Positions 1 to 9,623 are shown, numbered from the stretch's first letter. The stretch: DNA of 37,058 nt from an uncultured Sphaerobacteraceae bacterium (GCA_964434995.1 CAYSXO010000010.1:1-37058); one strand, 5' to 3'. The notes: generated from the letters alone by a model not told the origin. Program-made: numbers and translations.

Positions 1-1484
1 CCCTGGACGCGGGTACGTCTTCGGTTCGCGCATTGGCTTTCGACCGCGACGGCAACCCGATTCTCGATAGTGAGGTTCAATCCCAGTATTCGATCGACAC
101 GACGATCGACGGAGGGGCGACGTTCGCGGCCTCGACGCTTTTCGACCTGACCGTGGCGACGATCGACGGAATCGTGGCGCGGCTCGATAGCCGGGCGAGT
201 GACGTCCGCGCTGTTGGCACAACGTCATTCTGGCACAGCCTGCTTGGTCTCGACAGGAACGGCCAGCCGACAACGCCGATTCTCTACTGGGCTGACACTC
301 GCTCCGGCGACGCCGCCGCCGCGCTGCGTGATGCGCTTGATCCAGAGGCCATCTGGCAGAGGACTGGGTGCCGGCTCCATCCTTCGTATTGGCCAGCAAA
401 GCTCCAGTGGCTGCGGGTTTCTGACCCGGTTGCATTCGAACACACCGCTCGGTGGCTGTCGTTTCCCGAATATGCGCTCGACAGACTGTGCGGGCCTCGG
501 GCCGGTGCAGTCACGATTTGCATGGCATCGGGAACGGGACTCCTGGACGTCCACAACAACACCTGGGACGAGGAGATTCTCCACGCGAGCGGTGTTTCAC
601 GCGACCAACTCTCGCCTCTGGTGGATCTCGGGCCACCAGGCAAGCTCCGGGAAACCTACGCGGCCCGCTGGCCCGGCTTGCATGATGCGGCGTGGTTTCC
701 GGCCCTCGGCGACGGTGCCTGCGCCAACGTTGGCAGCGGCGCGATTGGGCCTGAGTGCTGCGCGCTGACCATTGGCACGTCGGCGGCGATGCGGCTGATT
801 CTGCCTCGACCGTCAGGATCCGAATGGTCCGTGCCGCATGGGCTCTGGGCTTATCGCCTCGATAGCGAGCGAGCGGTGCTTGGAGGAGCCCTGTCAAATG
901 GAGGGAACCTGCTGCGCTGGATCTGGGAGACAACTGGTACCGCGCCCGATGATGCGGCGACGACTGCCGCGGCAAAACTCTCAGCCGACTCGACGGGACT
1001 GACCGTCTTACCATTCCTGGCGGGAGAACGCTCTCCCGGTTGGTACGATGATGCCAGTGGTGTCTTTGCCGGCCTGACATTGTCTACCCGCCCGGAGCAT
1101 CTGATTCGCGCGGGGTGGGAATCGGTTGCCTATCGCCTCTCGGTGATCTACGATGCCCTCTCGCCGCTGGCTGAAACGCCCCACCAGATCGTGGCCAGCG
1201 GGGGAGCAATTCTCTCGATGGCGCCTTGGTTGCAGATCACGGCCGACGTTCTCGGACACGACCTCGCCGCGCTGGAACCAGCAGATGAAACGACCGCGCG
1301 AGGCGCGGCCCTGATGGCGATGGCCGCCAGCGGCATCATTCGATCACTTGCCGATGCCGAGCGCAACAAGGCATACGAGGCATCATACCGGTCCAGCCCG
1401 GCCGCGCATGCGGTCTACCGGGACGGCCGGGCACGGCAGGCTCGCCTGGAATCGATTCTTGTTCAAGCGGGAGCATTTGTTTGA
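1..1484 (+). CDS. FGGY-family carbohydrate kinase (gluconokinase/xylulokinase-like), 5' end outside window
   Basis: The frame is open from nt 3. The codons upstream of the track's TTG at 33 read LDAGTSSVRALAFD, which is the FGGY N-terminal DxGTSxxR motif, so the gene starts before the window. Length (483+ aa) and overall sequence are typical of FGGY kinases. Confidence 0.8.
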   Translation, partial: LDAGTSSVRALAFDRDGNPILDSEVQSQYSIDTTIDGGATFAASTLFDLTVATIDGIVARLDSRASDVRAVGTTSFWHSLLGLDRNGQPTTPILYWADTRSGDAAAALRDALDPEAIWQRTGCRLHPSYWPAKLQWLRVSDPVAFEHTARWLSFPEYALDRLCGPRAGAVTICMASGTGLLDVHNNTWDEEILHASGVSRDQLSPLVDLGPPGKLRETYAARWPGLHDAAWFPALGDGACANVGSGAIGPECCALTIGTSAAMRLILPRPSGSEWSVPHGLWAYRLDSERAVLGGALSNGGNLLRWIWETTGTAPDDAATTAAAKLSADSTGLTVLPFLAGERSPGWYDDASGVFAGLTLSTRPEHLIRAGWESVAYRLSVIYDALSPLAETPHQIVASGGAILSMAPWLQITADVLGHDLAALEPADETTARGAALMAMAASGIIRSLADAERNKAYEASYRSSPAAHAVYRDGRARQARLESILVQAGAFV

Positions 1485-2314
1485 CTGGTCCACTCCTCGC
1501 CATTTTTCCGCATCCGGACGACGAGACGTTTTCCGCGGGCGGGTTGCTTGCCGCGGCATCCGAACGAGGCATTCCTGTCACGCTGATTTGCGCGACACGA
1601 GGGGAAGCCGGAGAAAGCGCGATTCCTGGGCTGGACGATCCCAATCGGCTCGGCGCCATTCGCGAAGGTGAACTCCGCGAGGCGATGCGCCACCTCGGCG
1701 TCAGCGACGTCCGGTTTCTGGGATACCGGGATTCGGGAATGGAGGGGTCTGAAGAGGCGTTGCACCCGCGTGCGTTCGTCCGGGCCCCGGTCGATGACGC
1801 TGCCAGTCGCCTCGCCGCCTCGATCCGCTCCCTCAGACCGCGACTCATCGTGTCGTTCGGCCCGGAAGGCGTTTATGGACACCCCGATCACCTGCATCTG
1901 CACCGGGCAGTTGTGCGCGCGGTCGAACTGGCCGCCGAGGGGCAACCATCAGACGGCTCAACATGGCAAACACCGTCGCTCTATTTTGCAACGGCCCCGC
2001 GCGAGGAGATGTTAGCCCTCTTCAACCGGCCAAACAGCCCGTTGTCGTCCCTTTCCGAAACGGCGCGGGCCAACCTTGGCACCCCTCGCGCCGAGATTAC
2101 GCACGTGATCGATGTGCGCCGGTGGGAGACGTCAAAGCGGGAGGCGATTCGCGCGCACTTCACCCAGACTGGGGAAGGCGGTCCCTTGAGCGGCATGCCA
2201 ACCGAAGCGCTTGATGCGCGAATCTCCCGCGAGCATTTCGTCCGCGCTTCGCTCCCATGGATCAATTCCGGAAGCGAGCGCGATGTGATTGAGCAGCTCT
2301 CGACATCGGATTAG
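1481..2314 (+). CDS. PIG-L/LmbE-family N-acetylglucosaminyl deacetylase
   Basis: N-terminal PHPDDE motif (AIFPHPDDETFSAGG) and HPDH motif (YGHPDHLHLH) are typical of PIG-L/LmbE zinc deacetylases. The TTG start overlaps the kinase stop (TTGA). Confidence 0.8.
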   Translation: MTGPLLAIFPHPDDETFSAGGLLAAASERGIPVTLICATRGEAGESAIPGLDDPNRLGAIREGELREAMRHLGVSDVRFLGYRDSGMEGSEEALHPRAFVRAPVDDAASRLAASIRSLRPRLIVSFGPEGVYGHPDHLHLHRAVVRAVELAAEGQPSDGSTWQTPSLYFATAPREEMLALFNRPNSPLSSLSETARANLGTPRAEITHVIDVRRWETSKREAIRAHFTQTGEGGPLSGMPTEALDARISREHFVRASLPWINSGSERDVIEQLSTSD

Positions 2315-2464
2315 GCAGAAGTCTGGCCCAAAGTTCCCGTACCGCACTTGGTGCGGCGCGCCCAACGACGCGCCGTTCGTCCGCGCATACCATAAGTAAC
2401 AAGCTGGGAGTTCGCGTCTGGACGACCAGCCTCCGCAATCCTCGCTCGCCGCGGAGTGGAGACT

Positions 2465-2767
2465 ATGCCGGACGAGATTATGAACCTGGCTCCTGCTCCC
2501 GCACCAAACGGGACGGCGTCCGAACTCTTTATGTGGCGCGCCGGGTGTATTCTTCTCCTCGGTGAACGCGAAGACGAGCATTTCATCCTGGCTCGTTCGT
2601 GGCTTCACGGCGACTGCCTGGCCCACGTGAGGCGCTGGAGATTCGCCGCGCCTGTTCCCTTTTCGGGACAAGTTCGCCGGCTCGTCATGGAGGCCTGTGG
2701 CGACCCCGCGCTCGCTCGTGATCAGGGCCTGCGGGCGCGCGATTGGGCCGAATCGCTCGCCGGATAA
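2465..2767 (+). CDS. hypothetical small protein (about 100 aa)
   Basis: ATG at 2465 is preceded by GGAGTGGAG. Codon third positions are GC-rich like the neighbouring genes. No recognisable family, and it lies in an otherwise unassigned 750-nt gap. Confidence 0.3.
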   Translation: MPDEIMNLAPAPAPNGTASELFMWRAGCILLLGEREDEHFILARSWLHGDCLAHVRRWRFAAPVPFSGQVRRLVMEACGDPALARDQGLRARDWAESLAG

Positions 2768-3070
2768 CCGATCGCGTGGCGTCACGGCTCTGCCAGGACA
2801 CCTGGTTCCTCATCTGATCAGATCTGGATTCTGGATGCCGGCGAACTCAACGCCCAATCACGGTGCCAGCGCATCTCAATCACGTTTTCATGCCGAGCGC
2901 GGCGAGGACTTTCTTTGACTCCGCGAACGAACACGACGTCGCGCCGATCTCCTTCGTTCCTCAAAATGACAGCCGACCTGCATGCTGCCCAGAACACGGC
3001 CATGACACCCCGCGCGGCCAGATGAACTGGTACGCTTTCCGCGTTCGTTCAGTTCTTCGCCGGAGGATTC

Positions 3071-3781
3071 ATGCGGATTGCTGCCGGTTCGATGCGCTTC
3101 ACTCTGGCAGTGTTCATGTCTGTAGCGATCGCGACCGGCGCGCCAGGTTCTGCATTCGCGCAATCCCAGGAGTCGAAACCGTCCGCGGCGGCCACGCCGG
3201 CGGCCACCGCGGAGAGTCCGCAACAGACGCCTACGACGGGTGTCTTTGGCAACCGGTGGCTCGGACCACTTTGGGGTGTCGAAGTGGCATGGGATGCAGA
3301 TGCCTGGACCGTCGAGAACGAGCTGATCGAAGGCGCCTATGAGGGTCTTCAGATCGGGACATCGAACTCAACCGCGTTCATCGAAGCGTACGAGGGCTTC
3401 AAGGGCAACGCCGACGACTGTCTCGCGGCCGCCGAGCGCGAACTGGGTGAACGAAGCAACGTTTCCGAAGTCGTCCGGCTCTCCGGCAGGCCTCTTCCCG
3501 ACACCGGACTCGATCGAGGCTCGGCGTTGCTCTTTGGGGTGGTCGCCACGTTGCCCGACGGCGCGATCTACCGGGGCGTCGAGTACATCGAATGTCGAAC
3601 CCTCACCCCCGGCATCGCTGTTCTCGAACTGACCTGGCAGACAGCGGCAAGGAATTTCAATGCCGAACTGCCAGTTGTCAGCGACCTCTTCAGGAGCGTC
3701 ATCGCTCCTGTCGATGAACGAGCAGGGTCTGCCGAGCCAACGTCCACGCCACGGGCGACGCCGGTCGCGGCGAGCAGCTAG
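3071..3781 (+). CDS. hypothetical exported protein
   Basis: N-terminal hydrophobic signal-like segment ends in AFA-QS (FTLAVFMSVAIATGAPGSAFAQS). No family recognised. The stop shares CTAG with the convergent metH stop. Confidence 0.6.
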   Translation: MRIAAGSMRFTLAVFMSVAIATGAPGSAFAQSQESKPSAAATPAATAESPQQTPTTGVFGNRWLGPLWGVEVAWDADAWTVENELIEGAYEGLQIGTSNSTAFIEAYEGFKGNADDCLAAAERELGERSNVSEVVRLSGRPLPDTGLDRGSALLFGVVATLPDGAIYRGVEYIECRTLTPGIAVLELTWQTAARNFNAELPVVSDLFRSVIAPVDERAGSAEPTSTPRATPVAASS

Positions 3782-6700
3782 TCGTTGCCCGAAACCGCCA
3801 GTGCGAAGTAGCGCGCGTCCGGGTGAAGAACGACGAGCGCCGCGGTCGTTTGTTCTGGTTCGAACTGGAACCCATCGGTAACGGTGACGCCAATTTCGCC
3901 CGTCGTGAGCAGCAGGTCGACCAGGGCATGCTGGGCGAGATCAGGGCACGACGGATAGCCCCAGGAGTAGCGCTTCCCCTGGTCTGGAGCGGCGCCAACG
4001 TCGGCGCGGATCCGTGAGTGGGCGTAGTCGGCAAGGCCTTCGGCAGACTGCACGCTCAGGCCGTGCGCAAAGAAGCTCTCGCTGTACTCCCCTGCTGCCT
4101 GGAGGGTTTCGGTCCGAGCGCTTGCCTCGGCGCCAACCGTCACAATCTGAAAGGCGGCCACATCGCGCCGGCCCGACGAAATCGGCAAGTAGTAGTCTGC
4201 TAGACAAAGCCGATCGCGACGCGGCTGGCGAGGAAACGAGAATCTTGCGATCTCGCGCTCCTCTTCGTCCGGACTGAAGACAACCAGGTCATTGCCGTCG
4301 CGGTTCGCGGGAAAGTACCCATATCGTACGCGAGGGCGCAGCCACCTCTGCTCCACCGCCTCGCGCTGCATGCGCTCGAGCCGGGGCAGGAACTCGTCTC
4401 GCTGCATTGATTCCCACGCATCGTCCCTCAGCCCCTTGCCGCCCCAGTGAAGCCGAAAGAGCGTCTTGAGGTCGAGATGGGGCCAGACGTTCGAGAGCTC
4501 GACGTCGTGCATCTCCCGCGCGCCCCAGAATGGCGGGGAAGTTGGCTCGACCTCGCGCACGGTCGACGTCACGACCGCGCCAGCCTCGGCTGGCACGCTG
4601 AAAGCCTGGCGGCCGGGCTTGCTGAGCGAAGTGCGAGCTTCGTCGATGGTCGTCACTACCAAAGACGCGCGGGCGTCCGAGTCAACCAGGCGGTCCATCA
4701 ACGAGAGGCCCTCAAAGGCATCCTTCGCGTAGAAGACCCCGGGCGCATATGGCGTCGCATCATCGACAAAGAGCGTCCGGTGCGCGTATCCGCGGTTGAT
4801 CGCCGCGCCGCCGATAATGACCGGGAAGTCGTGGCCGGCCCGGTGCAGTTCCTGCACGCAGAGCGGCATCTGCTTGCTCGTTGAGACGAGCAATGCCGAA
4901 AGACCTATGGCCGTCGCCTCGACCTCGATCGCTTTGTCGATGATGCGATTCACTGGAACCTGCTTGCCCAGGTCATGCACGGTATATCCATTATTCGTCA
5001 GAATGGTGTTGACCAGGTTCTTGCCGATGTCATGGACGTCGCCGTACACCGTTGCCAGGACAACCGTTCCTTTCGTCACACCCTCTTGCCGTTCGAGATA
5101 GGTTTCGAGCCGGGCCACGGCGCGTTTCATCGCCTCGGCGGACTGCAGCACGAACGGCAGGATCAGTTCGCCCGCGCCGAACTTGTCCCCAACTTCCTTC
5201 ATCGCTGGCAGAAGGACGTTGTTCAGAACGTCCACCGGATCGCGTCCGCTCACGGCCAGGTCGATCTGCTCCTCGATCCCCTCCTTCTTGCGGTGCACGA
5301 TCTGGTAGTGGAGCTTTTCTTCGGGCGTCATCCCGAGCATCGGATCAGGTCCGGTTTCCCATGTCTCTTCTCGGCCCTCGAAATGCTCGATCAGCCTCGC
5401 GAGCGCGTCGGGCCGGCGTGCCAGCACCAGGTCTTCGGCCAGCTCGCGCTCGACCTGCGGAATCTCGGCGAACGGCACAACGTGCGATGGGTGGACGATG
5501 GCCAGATCGAGCCCTGCCTCGACCGCGTGATAGAGAAAGACGGCGTTGACGGTCTTCCTCGCCACGGGGTTCAGGCCAAACGAGACGTTCGAAATGCCGA
5601 GGATGGTCATCACGCCGGGCATGTCCGCTTCGATGCGACGAATGCCTTCCAGCGTTTCCAGCGCTGAGGTCGTGAACTCTTCATCTCCGGTTGAGAGGGG
5701 AAACGTCAGCGGATCGAAGATGAGCGCCTCGGGCGACAGTCCAAACTCATCCACAACGATGTCATGAATCTTGCGCGCGGCCTCGACCTTGCGAGCCGCG
5801 GTCTTTGCCATCCCGTCTTCGTCGATGGTCATCGCGACCACGGCGGCTCCATGGGCCACGGCCAGCGGCAGGACCGCGTCAATTCGGGTCCGGCCATTCT
5901 CCATGTTGATCGAGTTGATGATGGCGCGACCCGGATATTGCTCGAGCGCATCTTTGAGCACGTCCGCTTCAGTTGAATCGAGCACGAGCGGCGACTCGAC
6001 ATTGAGGGCCAACTTCTTCACCAGCGCGCGCAACATGTCGCGCTCGTCGGTGCGCTCCGTCATCGCCACGCAGACGTCGAGAGCATGCGCGCCGATGTCA
6101 ACCTGCTCGCGTGCAACAACGACCATGCCATCGTAGTCGTCTGCCAGGGCCAGTCGTTTAACCTTGCGAGAACCAAGCGTGTTGACCCGCTCGCCGACGA
6201 TCAGCGGGGCAGGATCCTGCCGGAGGTCGACCGCGCGGACCATCGAAGCCGTCAACGGGAGCGGCTTCGCTGGCCTCTGGCTTGTCGCGCGGGAGCCGAT
6301 GGCCTTGACCAGTTCGCCAAGATGTTCCGGGGTTGTTCCGCAACAGCCGCCAACGATGCCGATTCCGAACTGTTCCACCATCTCGCGCAGGTCCCGCGCC
6401 ATGGTGTCCGGATCGAGCGGGTAGACCGCTCGGCCGTTGACGTTCAGCGGCAAGCCCGCGTTGGGAATGATGGCCACTGGCCTGGTGGAGTACTCGCCCA
6501 GGTAGCGCGCGGGCTCACGCATGTGCTCAGGCCCGGTAGAGCAGTTCAGGCCGACGACGTCGACCCGTAACGCCTCCAGCACGGCCAAGGCAGCCGCTAT
6601 GTCGGTTCCCAGTAACATCCGGCCACTGGTGTCGAGCGTGACCTGCGCCTGGATGGGAATACACCGGCCGCTCTCTTCACGGACACGGAGGATGGCATGG

Positions 6701-7242
6701 ACGGCGGCCTTGAGTTCCAGAATGTCTTGAGTTGTTTCAATGATGAAAAGATCGACTCCCCCGTCCGCGAGCCCTCTCACCTGATCGAGGAAGAGATCGA
6801 CCACCTCGGAAAAGCGGTGATTGCCGAGCAACGGATCCTCCGACGCGGGCAATAGTCCCGTCGGGCCTATGGACCCGGCGACGAACCGGGGATGCGCCGC
6901 GGTGTTGTATGCCGTGGCAACGCGCCTGGCAAGCTCAGCCGCCGCCCGGTTCTGCTCGTACGTCCGGTCGCCTAGTCCGTACTCCTCGAGCTTGAGCTTG
7001 CTCCCGCCGAAGGTGTCTGTTTCCAGAACATCGACCCCAACTTCAAGAAACGACGCGTGGACTTCTTCGATGAGGCCAGGATTGTGGAAAATGAGATACT
7101 CATTGCATCCCTCGATGCCGCCATATCCATCCGCATCGAGCTCGTGGCGCTGGATCGATGTCCCCATCGCGCCATCAAAGATGACAACACGCTCGCGGAC
7201 GAGATCGAGGTAAGAGGTTTCGCTCGTTTTTCTGGAACTCAT
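3778..7242 (-). CDS. metH: cobalamin-dependent methionine synthase
   Basis: 1154 aa with all modules: N-terminal homocysteine S-methyltransferase domain, pterin-binding domain, B12-binding DxHxxG motif (DVHDIGKN) and a C-terminal AdoMet-activation domain. Confidence 0.95.
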   Translation of the reverse strand: MSSRKTSETSYLDLVRERVVIFDGAMGTSIQRHELDADGYGGIEGCNEYLIFHNPGLIEEVHASFLEVGVDVLETDTFGGSKLKLEEYGLGDRTYEQNRAAAELARRVATAYNTAAHPRFVAGSIGPTGLLPASEDPLLGNHRFSEVVDLFLDQVRGLADGGVDLFIIETTQDILELKAAVHAILRVREESGRCIPIQAQVTLDTSGRMLLGTDIAAALAVLEALRVDVVGLNCSTGPEHMREPARYLGEYSTRPVAIIPNAGLPLNVNGRAVYPLDPDTMARDLREMVEQFGIGIVGGCCGTTPEHLGELVKAIGSRATSQRPAKPLPLTASMVRAVDLRQDPAPLIVGERVNTLGSRKVKRLALADDYDGMVVVAREQVDIGAHALDVCVAMTERTDERDMLRALVKKLALNVESPLVLDSTEADVLKDALEQYPGRAIINSINMENGRTRIDAVLPLAVAHGAAVVAMTIDEDGMAKTAARKVEAARKIHDIVVDEFGLSPEALIFDPLTFPLSTGDEEFTTSALETLEGIRRIEADMPGVMTILGISNVSFGLNPVARKTVNAVFLYHAVEAGLDLAIVHPSHVVPFAEIPQVERELAEDLVLARRPDALARLIEHFEGREETWETGPDPMLGMTPEEKLHYQIVHRKKEGIEEQIDLAVSGRDPVDVLNNVLLPAMKEVGDKFGAGELILPFVLQSAEAMKRAVARLETYLERQEGVTKGTVVLATVYGDVHDIGKNLVNTILTNNGYTVHDLGKQVPVNRIIDKAIEVEATAIGLSALLVSTSKQMPLCVQELHRAGHDFPVIIGGAAINRGYAHRTLFVDDATPYAPGVFYAKDAFEGLSLMDRLVDSDARASLVVTTIDEARTSLSKPGRQAFSVPAEAGAVVTSTVREVEPTSPPFWGAREMHDVELSNVWPHLDLKTLFRLHWGGKGLRDDAWESMQRDEFLPRLERMQREAVEQRWLRPRVRYGYFPANRDGNDLVVFSPDEEEREIARFSFPRQPRRDRLCLADYYLPISSGRRDVAAFQIVTVGAEASARTETLQAAGEYSESFFAHGLSVQSAEGLADYAHSRIRADVGAAPDQGKRYSWGYPSCPDLAQHALVDLLLTTGEIGVTVTDGFQFEPEQTTAALVVLHPDARYFALAVSGND

Positions 7243-7469
7243 GCCTGCGGACTGCTCCTTGTTGCTGGTGCCTCGATTATAGACATGCGACGCTTCCCTG
7301 AGTCGCCTGCAATCGGCTCAAAATGCCCCGGTTCTTCGAACCGCGAGCGCTCCCTGTGGCCCGCGCGGGCAGCCGGAGACGACTGTTCATCATCTGCCTG
7401 AGCATCTAGACTGGGCTGTGCAGCCGGGAGGGTTGACCACGCTGCATATGAAGCGGAAAGGGGTTCTGC

Positions 7470-8066
7470 ATGTTCCATCGTCTTGCGTTCGCGGTCGCCA
7501 TCGTCCTGACGCTTTTGGCGCCATCCGTGGCACGCGCGCAATCGACAGCGGAGCTGATAGCCGCCGATATCGACGCCTTCTGGGCAGCGCAGTTTGCCGA
7601 GCGAGGCCTGACCTATACCTCCCCGAGGTTCCAGCTCATCGATGCGCCGGGCGTGCAGTTCTGCGGTGGCATTGACGTTTTCTATGCCGTGGCTGGCTAC
7701 TGCTCAACAAACAACACCGTCACCGTCTCGACCGGAATCGCGAATCCCGACGCGGTCAACGTCGTTCTGACGCTCCTGAGTCACGAATGGGGCCATCACA
7801 TCCAGAACCTGACCGACACGGGCATCACGTCCGCGCTCGAGTCGGAACTTCAGGCGGACTGCTTTGCAGGGGCATTCATTTCCTACGCGAAGGACGCCGA
7901 CTGGATCAGTCCAGTCATCGGCGCGATGGCCCTCCAGTTGACGCAATCCGCGGGCGACGTCTGGTGGATGGTTCCATACGACGAGGCAATCCACGGCACG
8001 CAGTCAGACCGCGCCATTGCTTTCATGACGGGCCAATCCGGCGGCGTTGAGGCGTGTGGCTTCTGA
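7470..8066 (+). CDS. YpfJ-like neutral zinc metallopeptidase, exported
   Basis: Signal-like N-terminus (AIVLTLLAPSVARAQS), HExxH motif (SHEWGHHIQN) and ELQADCFAGAF segment, as in the PF04228-type putative zinc peptidases. Confidence 0.75.
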   Translation: MFHRLAFAVAIVLTLLAPSVARAQSTAELIAADIDAFWAAQFAERGLTYTSPRFQLIDAPGVQFCGGIDVFYAVAGYCSTNNTVTVSTGIANPDAVNVVLTLLSHEWGHHIQNLTDTGITSALESELQADCFAGAFISYAKDADWISPVIGAMALQLTQSAGDVWWMVPYDEAIHGTQSDRAIAFMTGQSGGVEACGF

Positions 8067-8090
8067 GTTTCAGTCTATGAGTCGACAAAC

Positions 8091-8127
8091 GAGAATGCCC
8101 GGCGGGACCAACCCGCCGGGCATTCTC
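8091..8127. terminator. bidirectional stem-loop between convergent genes
   Basis: Perfect 16-bp stem gagaatgcccggcggg / cccgccgggcattctc with a 5-nt loop. It lies between the ends of 7470..8066(+) and 8147..8419(-). The U-tract is weak. Confidence 0.7.
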
Positions 8128-8146
8128 GTTCGGGTCGTTCGCTCAA

Positions 8147-8419
8147 TCAGCGATTGGTGAAGAGCCGGAGGACGAAGAGGAGGATGATTGCGCCGATAAC
8201 GGCCGCGATAAAGCTCCCGATGCTCCAGCCCAGGGTAAACGTTCCTCCACCAATGAAAGAGAAGATCAAGCCGCCAACAAACGCACCGATAATGCCGACA
8301 ATGATGTTGCCGAGCCAGCCTTGTTGCGCGTTGTCTCCAGCAATCATGCTAGCCACCCAGCCAGCAAGAGCGCCGAAGACGATCCAGGAGATAATGCCGA
8401 AGCTGCTGTTCACATCCAT
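8147..8419 (-). CDS. GlsB/YeaQ/YmgE-family small membrane protein
   Basis: Sequence from the internal ATG (MDVNSSFGIISWIVFGALAGWVA...GNIIVGIIGAFVGG) matches the transglycosylase-associated/GlsB pattern of about 90 aa. GGGAGG RBS upstream of 8419. The track's longer 130-aa start is unlikely. Confidence 0.8.
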   Translation of the reverse strand: MDVNSSFGIISWIVFGALAGWVASMIAGDNAQQGWLGNIIVGIIGAFVGGLIFSFIGGGTFTLGWSIGSFIAAVIGAIILLFVLRLFTNR

Positions 8420-8493
8420 CGCGTGACCTCCCGTCCCCTCTGACCGGACACCCCGGCTGTCTCCAAGTTTAACAGCGTGTCCGGCGACGGAGA

Positions 8494-8892
8494 CTACCGT
8501 TCGTGCGCGTTCTGCTCCCCATTCGACGCCGCTAGCCATCGTTCGGCCCAGGATGACACCGCGACAATGACTTCGCTCAGGTCCTCGCCCTTCTCCGTCA
8601 GCGCATAGTCAACCCGGACGGGTGTGGATGGCACGACGGTCCGAACGACGATTCCCTCTGCCTCCAGTTCCTTCAGCCGTTCGGACAGGAGTCTGTCACT
8701 GAGCCCCGGAACCGAGGCGGTGATGTCGCTGAAACGCGCCTCGCCTGAGAGCAACGCCCGCAATATCGCGCCCGTCCACCGCCTGCCTAGCAGCTCGATT
8801 GCGCGATGGTAGGCGGGACAGAAGGGCGAAATAGCGTCAGTGTCAATGTGAGTCTGGAGATCGTTTTGCATGGCAGCCCCATCATACAGCAA
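8494..8892 (-). CDS. HxlR/DUF24-family (YodB-like) transcriptional regulator
   Basis: CPAYHRAIELLGRRWTGAILRAL...FSD is the canonical HxlR winged-helix N-terminus and includes the conserved N-terminal Cys. The start is ambiguous (TTG 8892 or ATG 8871). Confidence 0.85.
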   Translation of the reverse strand: MLYDGAAMQNDLQTHIDTDAISPFCPAYHRAIELLGRRWTGAILRALLSGEARFSDITASVPGLSDRLLSERLKELEAEGIVVRTVVPSTPVRVDYALTEKGEDLSEVIVAVSSWAERWLAASNGEQNAHER

Positions 8893-8925
8893 CGGAGGAT
8901 GATTGTATTACGAATAATAAGTTTC

Positions 8926-8954
8926 TTGACATTGGTAAGTCTATGCCTTAGAGT
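8926..8954 (+). promoter_or_regulatory. sigma70-like promoter for the YceI gene
   Basis: TTGACA (8926-8931), 17-nt spacer, TAGAGT (8949-8954), in the AT-rich divergent intergenic region. Confidence 0.5.
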
Positions 8955-9032
8955 AAGCACAGTCGATCGCTGAGGCTGCCATGGGGCATGTGCGAGCAGC
9001 GAATTGAGACGTGAAGCACGGGAGGATAGTGC

Positions 9033-9575
9033 GTGAGCGCGACCGAAACCAAGACCGTTTGGCAGATCGATCCCAGTCACTCGGGTATTTCATTCACCGT
9101 TCGGCATATGTTCACGAAGGTGCGTGGCCGGTTCACCGGGTTTAGCGGGGCGATCGAAACGGAAGGCGACAACTTCACCAACGGAAGCGTCAAGGTCGTC
9201 ATTCAGGCCGACTCGGTGGACACCAACGACGCGCAGCGCGATGGCCACTTGCGCACGAACGATTTCTTCGGCAGTGATGAGAACCCGACGATCGTCTTCG
9301 AATCGACGTCCATCGTTCCCAGGGGCGGCAACGATTTTCTCGTCAACGGAGATCTGACCATCCGTGGCGTAACTCGCCCCGTAACGCTCGAGGCCGAGTA
9401 CGAGGGCGGCGGCAAGACCCCCTTTGGCACGGAAGCGGCGTCGTGGTCGGCGCAGACGCGGATTGACCGCAAAGACTTCGACTTGGCCTGGAACGCTCCG
9501 CTCGAAGCTGGTGGCTTTCTGGTCGGCGATGACGTCAAGATTCAACTCGACGTCGAAGCAATCCGGAAATCCTGA
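9033..9575 (+). CDS. YceI-family (polyisoprenoid-binding-like) protein
   Basis: WQIDPSHSGISFTVRHMFTKVRGRF and the later RDGHL..DFF segment are typical YceI motifs. GTG start with a GGAGGA RBS 6 nt upstream. Confidence 0.85.
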   Translation: MSATETKTVWQIDPSHSGISFTVRHMFTKVRGRFTGFSGAIETEGDNFTNGSVKVVIQADSVDTNDAQRDGHLRTNDFFGSDENPTIVFESTSIVPRGGNDFLVNGDLTIRGVTRPVTLEAEYEGGGKTPFGTEAASWSAQTRIDRKDFDLAWNAPLEAGGFLVGDDVKIQLDVEAIRKS

Positions 9576-9587
9576 CGGCGCACGAGC

Positions 9588-9617
9588 GACCCCTGGACGC
9601 GGTGGCGTCCAGGGGTC
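9588..9617. terminator. bidirectional stem-loop between convergent genes
   Basis: Perfect 13-bp stem gacccctggacgc / gcgtccaggggtc with loop ggtg. It lies between the YceI stop and the carboxylesterase stop. Confidence 0.65.
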
Positions 9618-9623
9618 ACGGCA

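Noticed and set aside
2132-2785. 217-aa minus-strand ORF spanning the end of the deacetylase gene and the following gap.
   Set aside because: It overlaps the 3' part of the well-supported PIG-L gene antisense and has no motifs. The composition is typical of a shadow ORF.
2812-2823. Perfect 12-nt palindrome atctgatcagat in the unassigned gap upstream of 3071.
   Set aside because: It is a single short palindrome with no second copy and no adjacent recognisable promoter, so support for an operator call is insufficient.
7360-7400. Possible cobalamin riboswitch B12 box (AGCCGGAGAC on the plus strand) in the metH/peptidase intergenic region.
   Set aside because: This is only a partial 10-nt resemblance, one base short of the consensus, and on the strand leading to the peptidase. 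None of the other conserved cobalamin-riboswitch cores (GGGAA…GGUG…, CCCGC, GCCACUG) is present in the proper order.
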